From: a phage
Assembly (NCBI GenBank): GCA_026683435.1
Contig: GCA_026683435.1_4866.1
Strand: one strand, 5' to 3'
Length of the DNA stretch: 64,000 nucleotides
The translations under genes were made by a program, and so were the position numbers. Numbering within the stretch: the first letter of the stretch is position 1; each line of letters begins with the position of its first letter. Of the stretch, positions 56,222 through 64,000 are shown one piece after another. The notes under the pieces are model-generated. The model was not told where the DNA came from and ran no database searches. It was given only the letters and a program-made list of their open reading frames with translations.

Positions 56222-57715
56222 TTATTTCTTCTTAGTCAAGAACTTAGGTTCCAGACCATCCACGGCCATCGCCAGTAATGACATTGCTGTTAAGCAACGC
56301 TTACCACCTTTGACTTCCTGATCCTTGAACATCCAGTATTCCACTGTATTGTCCAGAATTTCATTCCAGTCCCACTTTTCGTCGATAACTTTATAAAGCT
56401 CCGCCGGTGAGAGATGGTACTTCATTTCCAGTCGGTGGTAGTTATTCTGCATGTACGCTAGTGCGGCGGTGATTTCCAACGCACGGCGCAAACGCGGGTT
56501 GCTGTCACACATGTCGCGAATCGTGGTACGCATGAAAGATGTACCAGGTAGCAAATCGAGGGTATAGTTAGCACCACTACGTTTGTAGCCCCATTCATCT
56601 TTCAGTGTGTCGCTCAGGTAATGCCACAGAGAGAGGTGATAAAGCAGACCCATCTCCTGCGAGAAGACCATTTTGAACTTAACGCCTGTGTGACCACCCT
56701 TCGCACGGTACTGCGTGAAAACAATTTCTTTCAGGTCGTTCACCGAAGCATTCATTGCTTTCGAACGCGCAGTCGGGTATTTCTCTTCGTTTACACCGGT
56801 CTTCGCGTTGTAAGTCTGATCCTGCTTCAACTCACCAGACTTGGTTGCAACCAGCAGGGAGTTAGTTAAGAACGACAACTGACGGCGCGGGATACCCGCA
56901 AACTTCAGATCATCGCCTGCATCGTCCAGCAGTTTACCGTTCGCCTTCGGTCCACCACGGCCACCTGCCGCCATTGCTTTACCCGCATCGTCGGCCAACT
57001 GAGCAACGAAGCCCATATAGAAACCACCACGCGCAAACGCAGACGGCCAACGGCTCATCATATTCGATTTCTGCAACGCATCGTGGGCGTTCAGGATGTT
57101 CTGTTCAGAATCACCGACTTCTGATTTGGCATGTTTCTCTTCCAGGGAAGAAGTGTGCCATTCGGACAGGGAGTCAATCGAGTACAACCACGGGTCGAGA
57201 ATCTTTTTCGCAGAGCGACGGATTGGGTCCGGGAACGGTGTTTCGCGTGCCTTACCAGCCATGTACTCTTTGAAACGTTTTTCGACTTCGTCACGGATAT
57301 AAGCAGAGTAATACTCCTCACCCGCCATGATATCCGAGCCAACCATGTTGTAACGACCTTCGTGGATCAGGTCCAGCACGCCGCCCGTTGGTGGTACTTC
57401 TAATCCGTTTGCTTTCGCTGCGGAAATGTACCCTGTTTCCAGACGACTTAATGCTGCCGTAACTTCGGTATCATATTTCGATCCCCAGGCTGCATTATAA
57501 CGTTGCAGAATCATGAAAATACAGAAGTCCAATAAGGTGGACTTAAAGGTATTCCCACGACCTGCGAAGCCCATGATGTGGGCAAAACCACCGTTGAGGT
57601 AGTACAAACCATCTTCCCCGCGCTCGTAGTTACCGAGAGCGTGGTCCATGATGGTATATACGTTAAAACGAGGGCGAATCACTTCACCCATGACTTGTTT
57701 AGCTGGACCTGCCAT
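56222..57715 (-). CDS. hypothetical protein (497 aa), possible deviant P-loop ATPase
   Basis: Long ORF; GFAGRGNTFKST loosely resembles deviant Walker A of recombinase-type ATPases; tentative. Confidence 0.5.
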   Translation of the reverse strand: MAGPAKQVMGEVIRPRFNVYTIMDHALGNYERGEDGLYYLNGGFAHIMGFAGRGNTFKSTLLDFCIFMILQRYNAAWGSKYDTEVTAALSRLETGYISAAKANGLEVPPTGGVLDLIHEGRYNMVGSDIMAGEEYYSAYIRDEVEKRFKEYMAGKARETPFPDPIRRSAKKILDPWLYSIDSLSEWHTSSLEEKHAKSEVGDSEQNILNAHDALQKSNMMSRWPSAFARGGFYMGFVAQLADDAGKAMAAGGRGGPKANGKLLDDAGDDLKFAGIPRRQLSFLTNSLLVATKSGELKQDQTYNAKTGVNEEKYPTARSKAMNASVNDLKEIVFTQYRAKGGHTGVKFKMVFSQEMGLLYHLSLWHYLSDTLKDEWGYKRSGANYTLDLLPGTSFMRTTIRDMCDSNPRLRRALEITAALAYMQNNYHRLEMKYHLSPAELYKVIDEKWDWNEILDNTVEYWMFKDQEVKGGKRCLTAMSLLAMAVDGLEPKFLTKKK

Positions 57716-57730
57716 TTAGCGCTCCGTCAA

Positions 57731-58030
57731 TTAGCGTTTTTTCAGTGGGAGTAACAGACGACGTTTATGCCAAACTTCGAAATGCATTTCTGCCCACTCG
57801 GTGACTTGACTGTCATCTTTAGGGTTGATATTAGAAATGCTTTTGAAGCGGTTACGGTTACGTTCGTCGATTTCGATTTCCAGAACGCGTTGACCATCAG
57901 CACGTGTGGTCACGTTCAGGATTTTACCAACCACGATCGGACTACCATCGGTATTCTTCTTCGTCGGGGTGGTGTAAATCTCAGGTTCGATACGAGAGGT
58001 TAAAGCGCGAGTCAGTAATTTGATTCTCAT
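57731..58030 (-). CDS. hypothetical protein (99 aa)
   Basis: ORF. Confidence 0.45.
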   Translation of the reverse strand: MRIKLLTRALTSRIEPEIYTTPTKKNTDGSPIVVGKILNVTTRADGQRVLEIEIDERNRNRFKSISNINPKDDSQVTEWAEMHFEVWHKRRLLLPLKKR

Positions 58031-58128
58031 CAGATGTTACCTTTTTGCAGTTCTCGTACATAAGGTTTGGGTGATACGTAAAAGACTTACTATGTAGCCC
58101 AATCCCTTATATATTCGAGGTTGATAGA

Positions 58129-58884
58129 ATGAATGTTAATCCACTTGCAGCGTTGTCGGGCTTTGTTGCCAAAGCATCCACGATTCTGCCTAAAGCCTTT
58201 AGCGGCTCTCAACAGGAACTCGCGCTGACCACCTATGACGACATGTCTGATGTGTCCAAGTGGATGCAGCAAGAGAAGTTTTTAAACTTTACCGGAATGC
58301 TTGTACCCGTACCACCGGGCTTCAACACGTATGTGATGGACCACATAGAACGGTTGGAATCTGTATGGGCTGTGCTCCAGAAGATTCAGGAAGGGGTTTT
58401 AAGTCCCATCGACAAACGTTTCGGCGCGATGACCCACGACCTGGGCATGTTAACTCTGCCGATTGGGTTTAAGTTCAAAGACCTGAACTATCCACTGAAA
58501 AACATTAACCCGAAAGACCTGGTTGAGAAACTGGCGAAGTCGTACACCAACAATGTGATCGACCAGCGTGCGATTGAAAAGACCTACCACAGTGCAGGTG
58601 AGATTGACGTTGCGTTTAATCGTGCCAAAGCGCTGAACCTGGAAGTGACTAAGAAACTCCAGAAAGGTATTGACCGTACAGTTGAAAGCATCAACGTCTC
58701 TGTAGACATTATCTCTAATTCACAAGTCCATCCTAATGTGGCGGCAGAGTTAGTGAAAATGGCTGACATGGGTGCTGACTGGGTTGAGCTGTTCGGACTG
58801 TTTATGAAACAGATTAATGAACTGACAGAATGCCTGAACGTAACCGGTGATCGCCTCAAGACCCTGAAAGCAAACAAAAAATAA
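58129..58884 (+). CDS. hypothetical protein (251 aa)
   Basis: ORF; lone plus-strand gene, followed by a terminator. Confidence 0.55.
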   Translation: MNVNPLAALSGFVAKASTILPKAFSGSQQELALTTYDDMSDVSKWMQQEKFLNFTGMLVPVPPGFNTYVMDHIERLESVWAVLQKIQEGVLSPIDKRFGAMTHDLGMLTLPIGFKFKDLNYPLKNINPKDLVEKLAKSYTNNVIDQRAIEKTYHSAGEIDVAFNRAKALNLEVTKKLQKGIDRTVESINVSVDIISNSQVHPNVAAELVKMADMGADWVELFGLFMKQINELTECLNVTGDRLKTLKANKK

Positions 58885-58940
58885 AAAAAAATAAGCATTA
58901 CCCACTCCCATAAGGGGAGTGGGTAGGCTTTATTTTATTT
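58871..58940. terminator. bidirectional intrinsic terminator (tacccactccc-ataa-ggggagtgggta)
   Basis: 11-12-bp stem 58899-58925, A-run upstream and ctttattttattt downstream; between convergent genes. Confidence 0.7.
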
Positions 58941-59858
58941 GCATTTAGAACCGTTGACAAATGTCGGCGGTATCCATTTCAAAATCTTTGTCCGATTCCC
59001 GTCACGTGGACCGAGCCAGTAAGTACGCCAGTGTGCACGACGCATATGCGCACATCTGCTACCTTGTGTTCTTTTCTCCGTATCAGTATCAAATTCTTCA
59101 AGATACTCGCTTTGTGCTTTTACGGTGGAGAGGACAGTCGGTTTAGATTTTGGTTCAATGTGGTAATTGGCGATACGTTTCTTTCCAGTTAATTGTCTCA
59201 GTTTGACGGGTGTAGGGTTGTGCGGGATCAGTGAGAATGTAAACATGGTAGCGCCGACAATGCGTAACGTTTTCTCATTGGCCGGCGTACCAGTTTCCGC
59301 CACACGCAAGGATACAAAGCCGTCACCCACGTCCACGATTTCAAAGGTTTCCCCCTCGATACGTTTTCCAAAAATCATCATTGTTAAACAATCTTTCCCT
59401 TTAAACATTCGCCGACCGAAAACGTAAGTCTTTTCTTGGATACCGATATCTTTAGCGCGATAGCACACTGAAAAGGAGACGGCCCAACCGGGAATCTTGT
59501 CTATCCAGCTGCGTGGTATCTCAGTGAGAACGTCGCCAAGTAGAACTTGTTCAAAAATATTAAGATCAAATTCCATTTGGATACCCCCGTATCGCCAGCC
59601 GTAGGCAAGAGACAGGAAGTCTGCGGTGCATTCTTCGGCGAAGCAGTTCTTTAGGAACGCCTCAATCGGTATAAAGTGCTGGCCTATCTCGCCACAATGG
59701 GCTATTGCGTATTGCTCGATGATGGCGGGATCTCCACTTCTGGATTTCACACGTTCGTCGATTTTAGTAAGACCGTTTAAGAAATTACTCGGGGATTCGC
59801 GCATACCGATTACATCTACATTTACCGATTCTGCCAAATCAAAAAGAAAGCTGTCCAT
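58935..59858 (-). CDS. hypothetical protein (307 aa)
   Basis: ORF; AAGGAG RBS; P2 motif just upstream. Confidence 0.55.
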   Translation of the reverse strand: MDSFLFDLAESVNVDVIGMRESPSNFLNGLTKIDERVKSRSGDPAIIEQYAIAHCGEIGQHFIPIEAFLKNCFAEECTADFLSLAYGWRYGGIQMEFDLNIFEQVLLGDVLTEIPRSWIDKIPGWAVSFSVCYRAKDIGIQEKTYVFGRRMFKGKDCLTMMIFGKRIEGETFEIVDVGDGFVSLRVAETGTPANEKTLRIVGATMFTFSLIPHNPTPVKLRQLTGKKRIANYHIEPKSKPTVLSTVKAQSEYLEEFDTDTEKRTQGSRCAHMRRAHWRTYWLGPRDGNRTKILKWIPPTFVNGSKCK

Positions 59859-59875
59859 TTAATACTCCTTTAGAT

Positions 59876-59889
59876 TAATGGTCGATTAA
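59876..59889 (-). promoter_or_regulatory. motif P2 (TAATGGTCGATTAA), copy 3
   Basis: 18-31 nt upstream of the start at 59858, just downstream (minus sense) of a terminator hairpin. Confidence 0.45.
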
Positions 59890-59922
59890 AATAAAACTAC
59901 GGACACTCCGAAGAGTGTCCGT
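59885..59922 (-). terminator. intrinsic terminator acggacactc-cgaa-gagtgtccgt
   Basis: 10-bp stem with CGAA loop directly after the stop at 59927; A-rich on plus strand upstream. Confidence 0.55.
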
Positions 59923-59926
59923 TTAA

Positions 59927-60469
59927 CTAGAATTTACTAATAGCGAGTGGCTGCATTGGCTCAATCACAATCAGTATTTCTTTCAGACGTGAAACGATAT
60001 GCTCCCAGACCTGCGCTTCGAGATGACGTAGCATAGTGGTGAACTCCTCCATATACATCTTTTTATACTCTTCGCGGTTGAGATTTTCCCACGCTTCTTT
60101 CAATGGGCCTGCTTCCGGTCCAGACATCTTAATCATCATTTCGATGTCCTTCATTTCATCAAAGGCTTTACCGACCTTATCAATAACCTCATCGGTCTTG
60201 AGTTCGAGTGAGAAGCGACCCATCTTAGACTGCAGGAAGCCGTCTTCAATGTCTTCGTCGTTGTATTCGAAACACGCAATACGTTGCGCGAGTTGATGAA
60301 CTTCATTTACCGCGATATTGACATACGCTGCAGAGATAAGCCCAGCGAGGTGCTGACGATCGATATTCTTCGGTATTAGATAGTCTTCACACTTACGCTT
60401 AAACTCGAACAACGCCGCTGGAAATATTTCACGAAATTCGTCATCGAGTAAGTCAATGAATATCTTCAT
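59927..60469 (-). CDS. hypothetical protein, paralog family member A (180 aa)
   Basis: ORF; shares N-terminal MKIFIDL and length with the next two genes. Confidence 0.55.
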   Translation of the reverse strand: MKIFIDLLDDEFREIFPAALFEFKRKCEDYLIPKNIDRQHLAGLISAAYVNIAVNEVHQLAQRIACFEYNDEDIEDGFLQSKMGRFSLELKTDEVIDKVGKAFDEMKDIEMMIKMSGPEAGPLKEAWENLNREEYKKMYMEEFTTMLRHLEAQVWEHIVSRLKEILIVIEPMQPLAISKF

Positions 60470-60479
60470 TCAACACCCT

Positions 60480-61049
60480 CTATAGTTGAAAACTGAAACG
60501 CAAATGGATTTCCCTTACCGTATCTACCACTTTCCGATAAACGTCTCCCATCACATCCCTCAAATCACGCTCAAGCAGATACACGATTTTCTCACACAGC
60601 TCGCTGCTAAAAGGATAACGTGTCACTGTATAACTGCCCGGATGTTTTTCGGCATGTTCGATGATTGCTTTATCACTAACGGCATACGCGGCAACACGCT
60701 TGCCGTCGTCACGATAGACTACATAAGCGATGTTGTCGAAAGACTCGACGTGGCGTCGAAAATTCGCTACCAAATCCGAAACATCATCGCGTTCAGTCAG
60801 CGAAGTTATTCTGCCAGCATAAACCCCATCGACCAGATCGGCATCAGTAATCTCAACCTGTAAAACGCGCTCCGTTAACGCAATCAAATCTTTCAAAAAG
60901 GGATTGAGCAGCAGCAACATGATGTGCTTTCGATGTTCTTCAGGCATGATACTCTCAAGCATGGCGTCGTAATCTCTGTTGAGAGTTTCGATGAGGCCTT
61001 TCCACATTTCCTCATGCCCAGGCGTGGTCAGATCAAGGTAGATTTTCAT
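60480..61049 (-). CDS. hypothetical protein, paralog family member B (189 aa)
   Basis: ORF; N-terminal MKIYLDL. Confidence 0.55.
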   Translation of the reverse strand: MKIYLDLTTPGHEEMWKGLIETLNRDYDAMLESIMPEEHRKHIMLLLLNPFLKDLIALTERVLQVEITDADLVDGVYAGRITSLTERDDVSDLVANFRRHVESFDNIAYVVYRDDGKRVAAYAVSDKAIIEHAEKHPGSYTVTRYPFSSELCEKIVYLLERDLRDVMGDVYRKVVDTVREIHLRFSFQL

Positions 61050-61585
61050 TCAATAACCTCCCCATATTTCTCGCCGAGGTACAACAGCTCACGGCGACAG
61101 ATAGCCAGCACTTTCATTTCCGCTTCACGATACAACTTGGTGATTTTGTCAATGATTGGCTGGTCAACGATATCAGACCATGTTACCGTGTCCGTAACGT
61201 TTGACGATTGTCCGTTAATGACCACAGCAACGTACGTCTCGCCGAGGTTCTCTTGATGTAACCCCGCCAGAGATTCACCGACCTTATCAAAGGCTTCACT
61301 CAACAAGTCGGTGATTTGGTCCGTCCCTTCTACCAGTTCAAAACGATGGGGATAGTTCAGAATGTTACGCAGCCGCGTGAACATACGTTCAATAAGCTGA
61401 TTTACCATATCCCCAGTGTCACAGATAGTCACATCTACACCCGAACCTATTTCGTCAGACAAACGATTTTCGTGGACGGCCAACGCATCGTGAAGTTCAA
61501 ATTCCACGTCACGTTTTAATCCTAACAGAATTTCATCTAGCTGACGTCTCGACTCCGACAGAGCGAAGTCAATTACGATTTGCAT
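61046..61585 (-). CDS. hypothetical protein, paralog family member C (179 aa)
   Basis: ORF; N-terminal MQIVIDF; ATGA-coupled to member B. Confidence 0.55.
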   Translation of the reverse strand: MQIVIDFALSESRRQLDEILLGLKRDVEFELHDALAVHENRLSDEIGSGVDVTICDTGDMVNQLIERMFTRLRNILNYPHRFELVEGTDQITDLLSEAFDKVGESLAGLHQENLGETYVAVVINGQSSNVTDTVTWSDIVDQPIIDKITKLYREAEMKVLAICRRELLYLGEKYGEVIE

Positions 61586-61595
61586 CTAATGCTCC

Positions 61596-62003
61596 TTAAA
61601 AGTTACTTAACTCGGGCTGCGTATACCAGTATCTGCACGCTACGAGATCCACAACGTTATATTTCAGTTGTCCACCGTGCTGTGACGTGTCTGCCAATTC
61701 ACGCGCAAGCTTGAACGCCAAGTCTCCACGGTTGTCGAGGATAAGCAACACAACACGTTGCACCTCATTAAAGATATCCAGTTCACGTAAACAACTGTAG
61801 CGGTCGCTAAGATGCTTAATAACGCCTTTATAAACATCTCCTGGTACAGCAGTGCCATTTTCTGCCGCGTGGAATGAAACAAGCACGATTTTAATTAAAA
61901 TCTCGACAACCATGGAGTATATCATTCCACGGTTGCCGTTAATTTCCACATGCTTTAGATACTCTTGCAAGTCCATCAATGACTCGCTATACACCTTTAA
62001 CAT
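61596..62003 (-). CDS. hypothetical protein (~135 aa)
   Basis: ORF; start placed at ATG 62003 to avoid a 71-nt overlap. Confidence 0.45.
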   Translation of the reverse strand: MLKVYSESLMDLQEYLKHVEINGNRGMIYSMVVEILIKIVLVSFHAAENGTAVPGDVYKGVIKHLSDRYSCLRELDIFNEVQRVVLLILDNRGDLAFKLARELADTSQHGGQLKYNVVDLVACRYWYTQPELSNF

Positions 62004-62013
62004 ACCGCCCCCA

Positions 62014-62385
62014 TTAGCTGGTAGCTGGCCAAACCCCCGGCGATGGAATCGCATCGTATCCACGCCATTTCTTAATGGCAACAAGGCTAGTGCCTGGGGA
62101 GCCGTCTAAATCGAAACCGACGGTTGCAACCACATCAACTTCGGTTTCTAAGTTAGAGTGGCCGATCGGAGAGAGGTGGGAGAAGCTGACGACTTTACCG
62201 CCCTGGATGGCGGTATCTCGAACTATACGAGCCATCTGTCTTATTTCTTGAGAAACTGGGCCGCGTAGGGTGGTTACCCGCGACGATAACGTCAACCAGT
62301 TTTCGCTCTCGGGTGCGACTATGTACAGAATAGTCCCTTCTTTAAAGTATTGTTTAACCAGTGTTTCAAATTCGTCTTGCGTCAT
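62014..62385 (-). CDS. hypothetical protein (123 aa)
   Basis: ORF. Confidence 0.45.
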   Translation of the reverse strand: MTQDEFETLVKQYFKEGTILYIVAPESENWLTLSSRVTTLRGPVSQEIRQMARIVRDTAIQGGKVVSFSHLSPIGHSNLETEVDVVATVGFDLDGSPGTSLVAIKKWRGYDAIPSPGVWPATS

Positions 62386-62398
62386 GTTAAATACTCCT

Positions 62399-63133
62399 TC
62401 AGTAGTTTAGTTTCTCAGAGACTTCTTTACGGATGCGACACATCACCACCATCGCACCATTCGGAATTTGGCTCACGCAGTTATCCGTGTAAAACTTACC
62501 TTCACAGAGATAAAAGTCCAGACACATGGCATCGGTCAGTTCGTGCCACAGTGTGCCGAAACCGTACTGCCAAGGGCCAGAATGAACGACATCGTAATCG
62601 CCTTCAGTTATGCCAAAAGCGGCAGTAGCGGAAGACCACAGTGTTGAGGAGGTGGTATAAGTGTCATACCAGTAACCGAGCAGACGATGGTTACGACGTA
62701 TCTCAGCTAACCGCTCGTACATTGGGATGAATACATCTTCCACCTGCGTGACAAAATCAGCCAGCATCAACTTTTCCGTGAACCACTCGATCCACGCAAA
62801 GATTTGTTCTTCAACGTCTTGTTGACTTAACCCCGTGGAAGTGATACCTTCTTCGTAGCTGTAACCTTCGTAGACGTCAACAACATTAATCTCTACATGT
62901 TCTAGCGTGAACAACCGTTCGGTGTTGATGCAGTCGTACATCTCTTGTAACCACGCAGTGAAGACTTCTATACAGACGTTGATGGCTGTATACTTGAACT
63001 CGTCACGCAGAGGATACCACTGTGGGTTATCCTTTAGTTCGTTCTTCGCGAACGCGGGCCAATGCTTTTCGAACAACGCTTCAAAGAACTGGGGCGTGAG
63101 GTTTAAAAGCACTGGCACTTCGACTTTAAGCAT
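62399..63133 (-). CDS. hypothetical protein (244 aa)
   Basis: ORF; AAGGAG RBS; P1 motif 34-52 nt upstream. Confidence 0.55.
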   Translation of the reverse strand: MLKVEVPVLLNLTPQFFEALFEKHWPAFAKNELKDNPQWYPLRDEFKYTAINVCIEVFTAWLQEMYDCINTERLFTLEHVEINVVDVYEGYSYEEGITSTGLSQQDVEEQIFAWIEWFTEKLMLADFVTQVEDVFIPMYERLAEIRRNHRLLGYWYDTYTTSSTLWSSATAAFGITEGDYDVVHSGPWQYGFGTLWHELTDAMCLDFYLCEGKFYTDNCVSQIPNGAMVVMCRIRKEVSEKLNY

Positions 63134-63166
63134 CGTGAATAAATTCTCCTTAAGGTTACGTCCCTG

Positions 63167-63198
63167 TAGATAATATCTATCTCAGATTACTTTAAGAG
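63167..63198 (-). promoter_or_regulatory. motif P1 (TAGATAATATCTATCTCAG ATTACTTTAAGAG), copy 4
   Basis: Same spacing to the gene start (63133) as copy 3. Confidence 0.45.
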
Positions 63199-63927
63199 AT
63201 GCAAGAAGCGTGCTGCCTGTTCTGTAAAGTGAAAATACTCGATGGTATCAGGTTCGTCCGAGTGAATGTCATCCGGGTCCAGCAGGTAGCCCGAGATATC
63301 ATCCGTTAAAACCCAAGCGTCTCCCTGCAGGAAAATACCCATCGGTTTTTCTACCACGGACATCACCAAGTCGGAATAAGAGTTACCTTCTGCTACCTTT
63401 ACAATGTCTTCACACGGGTCAACAATATACAGGTTGCAGAGACTACGATCTTTAAGACTGCGATGAAACATCGCTCGATCGTACCAAATAACCTGAGAAC
63501 AATTATCTTCGTCACCCGCCACATCGACCAACTCTGTCCAGAACCGATGTAAGAACCAGTTCAACGCACCGGTTATTAGCTCGTTCGGTTTCAGCATTCT
63601 AACGTGTTCGTCGTACAACTCTTCCATTGTCCAGATTCGACAATGCTCACGATCGATTGTCGGTAGCGGAGGTATTTGCGGCGGGACTTGTTTAGGCATC
63701 GGTTCATCACATCTTGCGTTGTAACGCGCAATTGTTTCGGTAACCAGCTCTGCCACAACATCACAAGCCGCTTCAAATCCCCACTTGTACAACACGTCGT
63801 AATCTTCCATGGGCGCAGCACCAAACTCACGGTTCGTTGCCATCCACGACATCCATCCGTATTGCTCCACACAGTTAATCAGACTTTGTGTGTGGAGCGT
63901 GAGCGATTCACTCACGACTCGCAACAT
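63187..63927 (-). CDS. hypothetical protein (~246 aa)
   Basis: ORF; start placed at ATG 63927 with AGAGGTG RBS. Confidence 0.5.
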   Translation of the reverse strand: MLRVVSESLTLHTQSLINCVEQYGWMSWMATNREFGAAPMEDYDVLYKWGFEAACDVVAELVTETIARYNARCDEPMPKQVPPQIPPLPTIDREHCRIWTMEELYDEHVRMLKPNELITGALNWFLHRFWTELVDVAGDEDNCSQVIWYDRAMFHRSLKDRSLCNLYIVDPCEDIVKVAEGNSYSDLVMSVVEKPMGIFLQGDAWVLTDDISGYLLDPDDIHSDEPDTIEYFHFTEQAARFLHLLK

Positions 63928-64000
63928 GTTACACCTCTTCTTCTCGCAGTATGCGACGGTTTGCGTAATACGCACACCACAACCCATGATACTCTTTACC

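Noticed and set aside
1-64000. CRISPR arrays, integrase, transposase or IS elements
   Set aside because: No regularly spaced direct repeats and no recombinase or transposase-like ORFs seen; the window looks like a purely lytic phage segment.

Overview
The window reads as one contiguous piece of a large lytic tailed phage genome, most consistent with a phiKZ-like (jumbo, Chimalliviridae-type) myovirus of an enterobacterial host. Support: a split multisubunit RNA polymerase (a beta-prime N-terminal homolog with a DYDGD catalytic loop, followed by a 1401-aa beta-like protein) sits divergently next to a 2373-aa virion protein with a C-terminal lytic transglycosylase domain; there is also a large terminase, a putative tail sheath/tube pair, an E. 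coli-like thymidylate synthase, and a tRNA-Trp. Most genes are on the minus strand in tightly packed, often ATGA-coupled operons, punctuated by a recurring family of GC-rich hairpins, many with CGAA loops, that look like intrinsic (often bidirectional) terminators. Two conserved upstream motifs recur before minus-strand genes and are proposed as phage promoter or operator elements. No integrase, transposase or CRISPR array was seen. The most unusual regions are a 1.8-kb ORF-free island (4030-5796) containing an AT-rich palindrome flanked by alternating-CG tracts and a dense GATC cluster (candidate replication origin), an HslV-like Ntn-hydrolase peptidase gene, and a tandem trio of paralogous ~180-aa genes. 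All functional calls come from motif recognition by eye; no database search was run.
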